Shown: piece by piece, positions 25,060-38,378 of the stretch
Layout of the letters: the number at the start of each line of letters is the position of its first letter
Numbering within the stretch: position 1 is the first letter of the stretch
Assembly (NCBI GenBank): GCA_951406725.2
Contig: OX597831.1
Location: 61,566,001 to 61,630,000, forward strand
Direction of reading: 5' to 3'
Length of the DNA stretch: 64,000 bases
From: Octopus vulgaris
Lineage: Eukaryota
The notes under the pieces: model-generated
What the model was told of the DNA's origin: nothing
The model's input: the letters and a program-made list of their open reading frames with translations, nothing else
Database searches by the model: none
Translations under genes and position numbers: made by a program

Positions 25060-25455
25060 GGTGCAGGAGTGGCTGTGTGGTAAGTAGCTTGCTCATCAAC
25101 CACATGATTCTGGGTTCAGTCCCACTGTGTGGCAACTTGGGCAAGTGTCTTCTACTATAGCCTCGGGCCGACCAAAACCTTGTGAGTGGATTTGGTAGAC
25201 GGAAACTGAAAGAAGCCTGTCATATATATGTGCGTGTGTGTGTTTGTTTGTGTGTCTGTGTTTGTCCCCCCCAACATCGCTTGACAACCGATGCTGGTGT
25301 GTTTACATCCCCTGTAACTTAGTGGTTCGGCAAAAGAGGCCGATAGAATAAGTACTAGGCTTACAAAGAATAAGTCCTGGGGTCGATTTGCTCGACTAAA
25401 AAGGCGGTGCTCCAGCATGGACACAGTCAAATGACTGAAACAGATAAAAGAGTAA
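25060..25455 (+). mobile_element. SINE family A, full length
   Basis: Same head, core and tail as 16958. Confidence 0.92.
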
Positions 25456-25564
25456 AAAATAAACAGACACTAATGCTGGAAATAGTTGCCCATGTGATTA
25501 AAAGTCTGTTATATTCATCGGAAGTAGTATTAAATCAAAATAGCCATATGTTGTTTAGTTTAAA

Positions 25565-26118
25565 TATTGGGTTGTCCGGAATATTCATGCTGATTTATAG
25601 TATTTTAGAACATGGTTGAGTCCATAAAATAGGATTTGACTACACTTCCATTTAGAGCACAGTTTAAGCAAACTTTCCTTGGAAGAAGTTTTATGTTCCT
25701 ATGACCTATGTTAATTCTGTGACACTTTAAAATGGAAGATAAGAAAGTTCATTTTCGGCACTTGATACTTTGGGGACCAGACAAAAATTGCTGCAGCTCA
25801 GCTGGGAATGTGTTGCCCTACCCTCCATATTCACCAGCTATTGCTCCTTTGGATTTCCACTTATTCAGTTCTCTGCAGAATAGTCTTAATGGTAAAAATT
25901 TCAATTCCTTGGATGACGTAAAAAGATACCTTGATGAATTCTTTGCCATGAAACCACCACAATTCTGGGAAGAGGGTATTTTCATGTTAAAAGAAAGATA
26001 GAGACGCATTGTGCAACAAAATGGTTCATATGTGGTTGATTAAAAATGTAATGGCAAGTATTTATTGACCTTTTTCTTTCCTTTAAAAATCAGAAAAAAC
26101 TTTCCGGACGATCCAATA
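25565..26118 (+). mobile_element. Mariner internal-deletion derivative (MITE-like)
   Basis: TIRs TATTGGGTTGTCCGGAA / TTCCGGACGATCCAATA; MEDKKVHF joined to PPYSPAIAPLDFHLF..LQNSL. Confidence 0.88.
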
Positions 26119-26869
26119 CATTACCAGAGGCAACTTTTCTGTGGTATTTGTCCTTAGGTGGATAAATACCCCAGCAAATTTTTTATGCAGTGTTTTTGTA
26201 TTAGGCATGAGAGAAAGAGTGGGGAGAGAGATTGCTATTATAAGTGCTTTTGTTGCATATAACATGCACACACACACACACACACAGGTGTGTGTGCATG
26301 CATATGGTAGTTTTTGCACTAATTTAAATTGCAGTGAAGTAGAATATATTTTCAACCCCTTAGCCATATCAGAAAAAACATTATTTATTTAAAGGTGTGT
26401 TTGTATTCATCAGTACTCAGAGTTTCTCTCTCCTGTTCTTACAGGCAAGCATCAACGTGTTATTTCAGGCCTGTTATATATACATTATAGATGGCACAAG
26501 TATTTCTGTTCATGTGACAGAGAACAACAATTTACACACATTTTCATCTGAAGTATTATAGAAGGAGAAGAAGAAGGAGAAGGAGAAACTAAACTTTTAT
26601 CAAAATTATCTAAATTTCCTAAAGACATCTGAAGTATTCTGTACGTTAAGGCATTATTATTTCAGATTTATCGTTTTGAACCTACAGTAACCTTAATGAT
26701 GTCATTAAGTTTTATTGAATATAATTCTCCCAGTGATGATAAATATAGCAAATAACGCACACGCACACACACACACACAGACATACACACACATACAGTT
26801 ATAAATATCATTTGCTATTTTTATCACTACCCAGCGAATTATATTCAATAGAAATTCATGACATTATTG

Positions 26870-26892
26870 CACTGTATACATACATACATACA

Positions 26893-26926
<34 letters not shown>

Positions 26927-26983
26927 CATATACATATATATATTATATAAATATATATATATATATAATTTGTATGTATGTAT

Positions 26984-27037
<54 letters not shown>

Positions 27038-27141
27038 ATAAATGTATGTATATATATATGTATATATATACATATATATATATGCATACATACATATATA
27101 TATGTATATACATACATATATATATATATGCATACATACAG

Positions 27142-27231
<90 letters not shown>

Positions 27232-27250
27232 TTAGATAGATATATATAAT
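26870..27250. repeat. Compound (ACAT)/(TA)/(TG)/(GATA)n microsatellite
   Basis: Direct reading. Confidence 0.95.
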
Positions 27251-27389
27251 ACATACATACACATAAGATATACTTATATAAACACAGAGATATACATCTT
27301 TATATAAATACACTTACTTGTATATGTGTGTGTGTATAAATATACATATATATGTGTGAGCATATATCTGTGTGTAGTTATGTATGTAG

Positions 27390-27466
<77 letters not shown>

Positions 27467-27572
27467 CAGGGCTGCAGCTCTCAAGCTGAAACTTTTATCT
27501 TTTTCTTGTTTCTTTCATTAGACTGTTGCCATGCTGGGCCACCAACCTGAAGGTTTGACTGAAGCAAATTGA

Positions 27573-27632
<60 letters not shown>

Positions 27633-27927
27633 ATATATATGTATATATATATATATATGTTTGTGTGTGTGTGTGTGTGTGTATAAAAACATATGAGCAT
27701 GAACATACATGCATAGATATACATTGTTATAAACCCAAACTGCAATATCTAAGTTTAAAAAGTTTTAAACAACTAAAAATACAGTAATCTACAATACAAT
27801 ACAAAGATTATTAAATTGTAAGCAAAACTAAACTTCAACGCAATAACATTTTTATGCAGCGAGTTGCTACAGTCTCAACTAACTAAAACCTAACACTGAA
27901 TACGTTGTGTCATAAACAGAACAGAAC

Positions 27928-29548
27928 AATTTTTTTATTACCCATAAAGGACCAACAAAGAGGGACACACATCACATTGGGGACATACAACAATTGCAAA
28001 AAAAATAAAATAAAATGAAACGTATGATATAATGAAAGATGGAAAAATGTAAAAATGAAAATGGAGTCACTTGCTCCATCAAGTAACATCACTTGCTTCC
28101 TTTCCTCTGTTCTCCATTATGTTTCAGTTCTTTAAATTCGATAACCTGTGGAAGCTTTTCTTTGTAAAAGTCAGCCTTCCACAGTTCATACTCACACTTG
28201 TGCCTCTCTGCTTCCATACTTTGCTGTTTCATTAATAATAGCACTACACCTTCCACTCCATCCTCAGCCTCTATGCCAACATGAACCCTGTTCTCCCATT
28301 CAATTGCCTTTTCAAACAGGTCCTCATTGTAAATTATACACACAAAACAACCAATGGGAGGGGAAATTTGTGAGTCATAGCGTGAATTTGATCTTTTCTT
28401 TTGTTTTTGTGATGGAGGGGAATGGGAAGGCTTAGTGTCTGCAGGGTGAGGGTGGGACACAGAGGGTATGAGTGGGCCTTAGGTAGTTGAAGGGTGAAGT
28501 TCTGTGTGTATTGGACTTGTCTTTTTCCTCTTCCTTCTTTTTCTTTTTCTGGTATTTTCCCATTCTTCCTCTTTTTCTGGAACCTTTTCTTCCTCCTCTT
28601 GTCCTTCCTGGGGCTTCTCGTGTCTTCTCCTTCTGGTCTTCTTGTATTTCTTCCACTCTTTTATCCAGTGGAGGGCATTTCATGCTTATGTGGCCCTTCT
28701 GGCCACATTTAAAACAGCGAGGTATTCTGCTTCCACCCTTACATTCATTATGGTTTCATTTATAGTCACCGTTTCCACCATTTCTTCTATTGCCTAATTT
28801 GAACCTTGAATTATCATGTTCAAAACTTGGCCTTTCCAATTCATGCTTTTTGTTTTTGTGGCCTGGAGCACTACTTTTTTGCCCTCAGTCTCAGCCAAGA
28901 CAGCAGCCGCTATCCAGACCATATATATCTCTGGTGGAATTCCTTCTACCCTTACCCAAGATGCTCTCTGTCCCAGGTAGGTGGGTAGAAGTACTAACTC
29001 TTCATCCCTTAGTGGTGTTGCCACGTGTTTTTTCTCCATATTTTCATTTATGGACCTGACTTCAACTTCTCCAAATTTTGACCCTCTGACAAGATATGTT
29101 ATTTCTTGTCAGATTGGCCTCAGCGCCTTCTCTACATGCTCTGTTGTCATGTGGTCAATTTTTCTCTTCTTAATCAAGTAGGCCTTGTACGTCACCATTC
29201 TTCCTTTCATTATTTTTGTCGTATCATGCTGGGGGAGGGTTACTTGCACATTGTAACCATTCCGACTTAATAATTTCTTAAATTTATCTGTTTTGATCTC
29301 CACGTTGTCATCCGATTCTCAGGCAACGTCTGCAAACTTCCTCTTTCTTCCTTCCATTTCCTTGTCCATAACATCAATAGACCTTAACAGGTCTTCTTCA
29401 GATGTTAACAGCTCTGACCCACTAAGGTCTGAGTAAAATAAATTCCTTTTGCCAGCCATCACTCACTCCCGATGAGAGAAAGCACGACTAAATTGCTGCA
29501 AAGCATCACACAAAAATCAAAACTTCACAAAAGCAACTCAGCAGGCAT
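27928..29548 (-). mobile_element. ORF1-only non-LTR retroelement (HAL1-like; L1/Tx1-type ORF1)
   Basis: 12-bp flanking direct repeat ACAGAACAGAAC (27916-27927, 29549-29560); AATAAA plus A-tail at 27930-27939; one decayed ORF with CCHC knuckle; no ORF2 sequence. Confidence 0.7.
28089..29459 (-). pseudogene. Decayed LINE ORF1-like protein with zinc knuckle
   Basis: ATG 29459 MAGKRNLF...; LPTYLGQRASWVRVEGIPP; RIPRCFKCGQKGHISMKCP (CX2CX4HX4C); several stops and frameshifts; final TGA at 28089. Confidence 0.8.
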
Positions 29549-29678
29549 ACAGAACAGAACTCTGCGCAATTGCACTGCAGGCAAATAATAGCAATCGAGA
29601 CAATCAAAGTCACGTGATCAAAACTGAAATCACAGCATACATATATGTAATTATATATGTGTGTATATATATATATTC

Positions 29679-29714
<36 letters not shown>

Positions 29715-29736
29715 GTGCATATATATATGTGTGTAT

Positions 29737-30025
29737 ATCATGTGATCACGTGACTGACCAGAACATCAGATGTTGCAACACATCGCTGGTCACAATGCGC
29801 TTCACATTGTTTTAGCCTTCGAATGACGCCATCCCGCTGGCTAAGCAAGCAGGCCAACAAAAGAAAGAGTGAGAGAAAGAGTGAAAGAGTACAGCAGGGA
29901 TCACCTCGTGGAGCTTTTAGGTGTTTTCGCTCAATAAACACTCACAACGCCCGGTCTGGGAATCGAAACCACGATCCTATGACCGCGAGTCCGCTGCCCT
30001 AACCACTGTGCCATTGCGCCTCCAC
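29737..30025 (-). mobile_element. tRNA-derived SINE, family B with tail type 1
   Basis: Homologous to 836-1139; GGTTTCGATTCC B box. Confidence 0.88.
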
Positions 30026-30395
30026 ATATATGTGTATATACATATATATATATATGTATGCATGTCTACAAATATACATATGTGTGTGTGTGTGTGTGTG
30101 AGTGTGTGTGTATGTGTGTATGAATAGCTTTAAATAACAGGTTAACGTATCCACAGCCGGATTAGCTTACAGTTACACGTGTATACTGTATCTTATATAA
30201 CACTTCAAAATATCGACGGCATCCTCATTTCTTCTATATAATGTTACTTGAACTCCACACAGTAGCCAATACCAAGAATTAGGTGGGTATTGTGAAACCG
30301 AATGTAACTCAGGAATTGAGTTCCGTTAATGTTTATGAAGACCAATATTTTCGGTAATGCGTTGTGCCTTCAAGCACACCTTCAAATTACACACA

Positions 30396-30445
<50 letters not shown>

Positions 30446-30489
30446 AATGGTACACATATGCATGCAATTATACCATGCATGACAAACAA

Positions 30490-30690
30490 CACAGAAGAAT
30501 ATTTCGCTTGATTTCTTTGTTTTATGTTTTTGATTTCTCTTCTTTTCCACACCTATGTTCCGAAAGGAGGACAGTGTCCAAAACACCATAACTCACTCTT
30601 TCCACTTCTCCGAGCATCAAACTTGCAATTTTGATTGTAAACCTATCTCGAGTTATTCTTCTTGATGCTTCTTGTTTCCTGTTCTCCCCT
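30490..30690 (+). mobile_element. Penelope-like terminal fragment with decayed hammerhead
   Basis: CTATGTTCCGA...GGAC-agt-GTCC-AAAA...CCGAGCATCAAA parallels CTATGTTTCTGA...GAGC-tct-GCTC-GAAA...CTGAGCGTCCAA at 11979-12050. Confidence 0.5.
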
Positions 30691-30799
30691 CCCACCCTCC
30701 CTTTCTTTCTCTCTCTCTGTCTCTCTCTCTCTTTCTGTGTCTCTCTTTTGCACACACACATACATATACATCCACGCATACATATATACACTTTCTGGT

Positions 30800-31274
<475 letters not shown>

Positions 31275-31804
31275 TCTTTTAAAAAATGTTTGGAATAAAA
31301 TAGATATATCTGTAAGGTAAAAATATACTTGTGTTCTTATATTTGCACCAAATTTTTTTCTATTTGTTTCTGTAGTGCAGCGAAGTAGGAATTAACACTT
31401 GTACACGCACACACATATGCATGCACACACACACACACACACTTTGTGTGTCCCCAATTCACACATATATTTATTAGTGTTTGTGTGTGTGTGTGTGTGT
31501 GTATGTGAGTATGTGTGTATGTGTGTGTGTGTGCGTGTGTGTGTATGCGTCTCTGTTTACAAGAATGAATTTCTACTTCATTGCACCATGGGCACAAATA
31601 CTGGTAAAAAAAATGGTGCAAACAACAAATACAACAACAAAAATATATTTTTCCATTTACTTGTACATACATGTATGAAAAAACACATATACACACAGGT
31701 ATGCACACACACACACACACATATATATATATGTTCATATATATAAATATATATATATGTATATGCATATATATATATGTTCAAATATATATATATGTAT
31801 TTGC

Positions 31805-31840
<36 letters not shown>

Positions 31841-32156
31841 GTCTATATATATATATGATATACACACACATAGAGAAATATAGATGTGTACATGTGTGTG
31901 TGTGTGTGTGTGTATGTATATATATATATATATATGTATGTATATGTCTTATCTACACAGACATATACATACACACACATGCACCAACCCAAATGTTTAC
32001 TTACATCGAAGTAATTGTTTTATACGTGTGTGTGTATAACTTGTACATCATATTAAGTATATACGCATGTATGTCTGCATGTGTGAGTGCACAAGTTTAC
32101 TTGCATCAATTCTTAATGCACTTCTCCACACACATATACACACATTTCATAACAAT

Positions 32157-32188
<32 letters not shown>

Positions 32189-32749
32189 ATACATATGTAT
32201 ATCATTTCCTTTTTAATAGCTTACCAAGAAGTAGGTGACATTTTATCAGCAGTGATTAATATGTGCTTTTAGTATTGCACTGAACAGGAAATCTTTTGTT
32301 GCAATAAATAACAATAATAACACCGCTTTGTAGGTTATATAAAATGAACTTCAGCCTTATAAAATATTTCTTGCTTTTAGGATTATTGGCTGTGGAAATA
32401 CGCAATACATAATGGAAATATCTAATTACTTTATAAGAACAACACAAAGAATATAGGAAGAACTTTTTGATAATCTATTGAAATTTAATTACGAAATAGT
32501 AGAACATTATCAACCACATGTGATTATCACAAAGAGTTTATCTCGTTATTTTCCCTTCATACTAATTGATATTGATAAGTATTTTTCGCAACTCGCTTTG
32601 CAGTCAAATGTTACTGTATGTAGGTAAGGCAGTGTTAGCTGAGAGAGAGAGCTAGTGTCACGTTTCATAGTTCAATTCCTGTAAACAATTTCAACTGCGA
32701 GTTGCAGAAACTTTAAACAGGAGAAATATTTTGTTAAAAGCTTCCCGTT

Positions 32750-32942
32750 ATTCTTTTACTTGTTTCAGTCATTTGACTGCGGCCATGCTGGTGCAGAGCA
32801 CCGCCTTTAGTTGAGCAAATCGGCCCCAGGTCTTATTCCTTGTAAGCCTAGTACTTATTCTATCGGTCTCTTTTGCTGAACCACTAAGTTACAAGGACGT
32901 AAACACACCAGCATCAGTTGTCAAGCGATGTTGGAGGGACAA

Positions 32943-32986
<44 letters not shown>

Positions 32987-33148
32987 GACAGGCTTCTTTC
33001 AGTTTCCGTCTACCAAATCCACTCACAAGGCTTTGGTTGGCCTGAGGCTATAGTAGAAGACACTTGCCCAAGGTGTCACAAAGTGGGACTGAACCCAGAA
33101 CCATGTGGTTGGTAAGCAAGCTTCTAACCATACAGCCACTCCTGCACC
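32750..33148 (-). mobile_element. SINE family A
   Basis: Reverse complement of the family A consensus. Confidence 0.92.
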
Positions 33149-33164
33149 TATGTCTAATTAGCCC

Positions 33165-33443
33165 AGTACTTATTCTACCGGTGTCTTTTGCCAAACCACT
33201 AAGTTACAAGGATGTAAACACACCAGCATTGGTTGTCAAGCGATGTTGGGAGGACAAACACATATATATATATACATATATACGACAGGCTTCTTTTAGT
33301 TTCCGTCTACCAAATCCACTCACAAGGCTTTGGTCGGCCCGAGGCTATAGTAGAAGACACTTGCCCAAGGTGCCACGCAGTGGGACTGAACCCGGAACCA
33401 TGTGATTGGTAAGCAAGCTTCTTACCACGCAGCTGCTCCTGCA
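33165..33443 (-). mobile_element. SINE family A, second partial copy in tandem
   Basis: Repeats 32850-33158 including the flank CTATGTCTAAT. Confidence 0.88.
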
Positions 33444-33524
33444 ACTATGTCTAATAGATTTATGTTGAACATTCCATCAGAGAGAAATTTCATGCATTGT
33501 TACTGATACTAAGCAGGGGACAGT

Positions 33525-33850
33525 GAAGGCACATAGTTCTGTAGCTAACGTATTCGGCTCTTGGTAGCAAACTTTTGAGTCTGATTCCCAGCAGTATATA
33601 GTGTCCTTGAGCCAGGCATTTTATTTCACATTACTCCATTTCATTCAGCTGGCAAAAATGAGTTGTTCCTGTAATTCAAAGAGCCACACCTTGTCACATC
33701 TTGTTTCATGCTGAATCTCCATGAAAACTACATTAAGTGTACATGTATCTGTGGAGTGCTCAACCACTTGCATGTTAATTTTACAAGCGGGCTATTTTGT
33801 TGATCAGATCAATCGGAGCAATTCTTGTCATAACCAACAGAGTGTTTAGT
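33525..33850 (+). mobile_element. Diverged tRNA/CORE-like SINE
   Basis: GTGAAGGCACATAG head; TGTCCTTGAGC...CATTCAGCTGGCAAAAATGAG. Confidence 0.55.
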
Positions 33851-34296
33851 TTATACGTAAGTGGTGTTCTTGTTCTTTATCCCAAGGTCAACTTCTAAGC
33901 TTAACAACACCTTTCTTGCACTGATCATCCCATTCTATTGTAGTTCCATGACAACATCAACCAATGTGTCTTTTCCCTTTTTAAGTCAGCAGGCTTATGG
34001 CCTGAAGCAGATTTGGATGCTATGTCTCATAATTGCAATAGGGGCTTCTAGAAACTTCCACCCTTTCGTGTGTGTCTATGTATGCATGTTTTTCTGTATA
34101 TGTCAGTGGATGGGTGTATCACGCACCAATATGCTTGTTTTCTTAATTAAAATGAATTTTTTGAGACAATTAGCACATCATGCCTAGTAATGAATTATTG
34201 TCCATTATAATTAAGAAAAAAATTGATGTGGGTACATATTTTATTTGCATAAAAAATTATTGGCAGTGGCACCTACTGCTGCCCAGATGATAAGAT

Positions 34297-34630
34297 TGAG
34301 ACCCCCTTCGGTCATGACTGACCATGGGATTGCACCTAGAAAGCTTCCCTCCCAGGCAAATCCGGGCAAGGTTGTTTATGGAAGACCAGCAGTCACCCAT
34401 GCATACCAGCTTCCCCTCACCATGCCACCGATGTTATCCAAGGGAAAGGCAACAACAGATATAGTTTGGCACCTGTGACGTCGCAACTCATTTCTACAGC
34501 TGAGTTAACTGGAGCAACATGAAATAAAGTGTCTTGCTCAAGAACACAACACACAGCCCAGTCCGGGATTTGAACTCACAACCACACGATCGTAAGCTCG
34601 ATGCTCTAACCACTGAGCCATGCACCTTCA
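34297..34630 (-). mobile_element. tRNA-derived SINE family D
   Basis: Minus head GTGAAGGTGCATGGCTCAGTGGTTAGAGC...GAGTTCAAATCCC; homologous to 13277-13628. Confidence 0.85.
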
Positions 34631-34660
34631 CTGAATGATAAGATAGAACATAAATAATGA

Positions 34661-34692
<32 letters not shown>

Positions 34693-34709
34693 TGTGCATG
34701 TGCATGTGT

Positions 34710-34910
34710 GTGGAGGCATATAGCTTAGTGATTAGAGTGTTGTGTTCATAATTGAAAGATTGCGATTTTGATTCCTGCCCTGGCAAAGCATCTTCTCCTT
34801 GAGCAAGACACTTCATTTCTTGTTGCACCAGTTCACTCAGCTGGCCAAAAATGAGTAATCCTGCAGTGGACCACCATATTGCTTGGGAAACTAGTCTTGT
34901 AAGCCCATAA
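34710..34910 (+). mobile_element. Diverged tRNA/CORE-like SINE, family E
   Basis: GTGGAGGCATATAGCTTAGTG...CCTTGAGCAAGACACTTCATT; similar to reverse of 46410-46660. Confidence 0.6.
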
Positions 34911-34931
34911 CTTAGAAGGACATTTGATCCT

Positions 34932-34964
<33 letters not shown>

Positions 34965-34973
<9 letters not shown>

Positions 34974-35195
34974 ATTCGAGACAAAACCACTATTTTAAAA
35001 CCAAACAAGGAAAGACTTAATCAATACATAAAATTTTAATATAAATTAAATAAACTGCCACTACAAATGTTTCATGTCTGCTACCGACAATCTTTGTCTC
35101 GAATTATATTATATAATATTTTACTATAAAATTGGATTTAACCCTAAATCTGATTTTTCCCTGTAATTTTGGATTCATTCCCTAATATTTATTAT
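34965..35195. mobile_element. AT-rich Penelope-like terminus with internal inversion, inside (TA)n
   Basis: ATAATTCGAGACAAA / TTTGTCTCGAATTAT inverted pair; the halves match 41275-41410 in opposite orientations. Confidence 0.5.
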
Positions 35196-35216
35196 TATAT
35201 ATATATATATATATAG

Positions 35217-35397
35217 TGCAGGTGTGGCTATACAGAGACAGGCATGGTTGTGTGGTAAGAAGCTTGCTTCCTTATTACATGATTCCAGGTTCAGTCCCAC
35301 TGCATGACACTGTGGGCAAGTGTCTTCTACTATAGCCTTGGGCCAAATAAAGCCTTATGAGCAGATTTGGTAGACAGAAACTGAAAAAAGCCCATTG

Positions 35398-35428
<31 letters not shown>

Positions 35429-35600
35429 ATCTGTGTTTGTGTCCCCACCATCGCTTACATCCCTGAAATTAGCAGTTTGGCAAATGGGACCAATAGAATA
35501 AGTACTAAGCTTACAAAGAATAAGTCCTGGGGTCGATTTCTTTGACTATAGGTGGTGCTCCAGCATGACCACGGTCAAATGACTGAAACAAGGAAAATAA
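35217..35600 (+). mobile_element. SINE family A, diverged
   Basis: Head, core and tail motifs as at 16958. Confidence 0.85.
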
Positions 35601-35792
35601 TAAAAAAAATAAGAATATATATACACATGCGCACACACACACACATGCACACACACACACACACACAAGCAGACACACATACATTCATGCATACATATGT
35701 ATGAGTGTGCATGAGTATAATTGTGTGTGCACACATACAAACTTATTGGTACACCCACGCACAAACAAACTTTTAGTTGCACTGATAGGCAA

Positions 35793-36363
35793 ATATTGGT
35801 TTGTCCGGAAAGTTCGTACCGATTTTTAAAGGAAAGGAAAAGGTCAATAAATACTTGGCATTACATTTTTAATCAACCAAATATGAACCATTTTGTTGCA
35901 CAAGGCGTCTCCATCTTTCCTTTGACTTGAAAATACCCTCTTCCCAGAACTGAGGTGATTTCATGGCAAAGAATTCATCAAGGTATCTTTTTATGTCATC
36001 CAAGGAATTGAAATTTTTACCATTAAGACTATTCTGCAGAGACCTGAATAAGTGGAAATCTGAAGGAGCAATATCTGGTGAAAATAGAGGGTGGGTTAAC
36101 ATATCCCAGCCGAGCAGCAGCAATTTTTGTCTGGTTCCCAAAGCATCAACTGCTGAAAATGAACTTTCTTATCTTCCATTTTAAAGGGTTACAGAATTAA
36201 CACAGGTTATAGGAACATAAACCTTCTTCCACGAAAAGATAGCTTAAACTGTGCTCTAAATGGAGGTGAAGTGAAATCCTATTTTATGAACTCAACCATG
36301 TTCTAAAATAAGTGGAAAGGTAAGCTGCTATAAATTGGCACGAACTTTCCAGACAACCAAATA
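35793..36363 (-). mobile_element. Mariner internal-deletion derivative, same family as 25565
   Basis: TIRs TATTGGTTTGTCCGGAAAGTTCGT / ACGAACTTTCCAGACAACCAAATA; LGWDMLTHPLFSPDIAPSDFHLF. Confidence 0.9.
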
Positions 36364-38378
36364 GAAATAATATACTAAACCTTCTTGGTATATTACTGTC
36401 GAAAGTAGACATCTAAGCAATTATTTTAACTGATAAAAAAAAAGAAAAGAAATAAAAACAAAACTAAATTTACAAGCAATAAAATAACCTCCAGTTGGCC
36501 GGTAGGTCTACTAGCAATAGTAACCAAATCTCCCTTAAATCATTCATGACAGTTTGCAAAGCAGAAGATGCAGTGTATAATGTAATTTTAAAAGAGACTA
36601 TGGTAGAAAGCAAAAGAACAAAGCAGGCATGCCTGGAACATCTTTGATCGTAGTTCTTTCTGATCAGGTCTGACCCAAGGTTAAACAATAACCTAACCAA
36701 AATGAATAAATCCATTGGCAATTCTTATAAATTGTTGTTGGTAACTTCTCATCTTAGTAACTTAGCACTACTAATTTATATTGCGTAATTTATAGTATAG
36801 TTTTTTTTTTTATTTCTTGGTTTCTGGTTTCTTTGGAAATATTTTAATTGAAAAGATCAGTGATATGGTGTTTGACTACAAATCATGATCAAGCTATAAC
36901 TATTTTCTCAATAGTTTTTATGATATCACTACTTCAAACTCAGACTACTATTGCCTTACCTAATTTTCATATATTGTGTCTGTTAAAAGTGTTCTTCTGA
37001 CTTTGTGATTAAGTATTGATTTATTCTTATGAATGGCTTATAATCCAACATGTGTATACTTGCTTCACTTCCTAATGAATCCTTAAATCTTAACTAAGAA
37101 CTAGGAAATAATGAAAGGGAAATATTTCATAGAACACTATTTCCACTCAATCTACTGCCATTGTTTGTTCAATGGAGGTCAATTGTCAGCAGAGTAATTT
37201 ATTGATGGATAGATAGACGTACACACTTATCAATGGTGTAAGGTGGGTTCACAGAGGTTAAGTGGGTGGAGGTTTGTTGAAGTATTGTGATCATCTGCAG
37301 GCTAACGGTCAGACAAAATGCTCTAGTCTGGCAAGAATAGAACAGGGTGAGAGAAGATGAAAGATGAAAGAGACAGAATGGAAAAGAAAATGAGAGACAA
37401 TGGAAATATATCTTGGACAGGAAGATGTAAGGATAAAGAATTATAAAATTTCTGATTTATGAATAAATTAACTCTTTTATTTTATCACTAGTTTGTCATT
37501 GGACTGCAGCCATACTAGAACATCACTTTAAACCTTTTGTTACCATATTTTTGAGGAAATACATCGCTTGTATTTCAATGAATTTTGAAAATAATTGAGA
37601 ATTTAATAAAAAAATTTTTTATCACTATTAAGCTAATGTTTGGAGCATAAATTAACCATAGATTACGCTCTTCCACAGAAAGAAACAAGGAGAGAAAATA
37701 AAGAATGTGTAGTGGCTAGCGATCTATCATGGCAAATGCTGGACAGAATGGTCACACAGGAGAGCTAGGGAGAAGGGGAGATAATAAAGTAGTGGTGATC
37801 CCAAAACTAATGTGCGCGTGCGTGTGTGTGTGTAGGTGTGAAAATGTGGGTCTGGGAAGTGGTCAGTGCTGATGTGTGCGTGGTGGTATGTTGTGATGTG
37901 TTGTGTGGTATGGTGGTGTAAGGTGTAGTGGTGTGTGGTGTGGTGTAATGGTGTTGGGAGGTGGGAGATGCAAGAGTGGGAAAAGCAAGGGTGGGGTGTG
38001 GGTTAGGCTGAGGGTGGTGTAGAGGTGAGGTATGTGGGAGTGGGTTTATGGGATAGGGTGTGGTGGAATTGGGAAGGATAGGGAAGTGGGGTAGAATGTG
38101 TAGGGGTGGGGTGCGCTTACGAGGGAGGGGTGACGATGAAGAGGGAAGGAGAAGGTGGGTAGGAGTGAAATATATATATATACATATATATATATATTAC
38201 GTAATATATGTGCTTACTCTGGTATATATATTACGTAATGCGTAAACAAACAAGTTTGTTTTTGAAGCTTTGAAATGTATTGTAGTACAAGTAGAAAGAG
38301 CTATTTTTTCAACGCGTATGTACAGATAGAACAGCATATAGATGATACAATATATTTCTACTTGTACTACGATATATA

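Noticed and set aside
38195-38240. Paired TTACGTAA bZIP sites as an enhancer
   Set aside because: Explained by a short local duplication in TA-rich DNA; no supporting context
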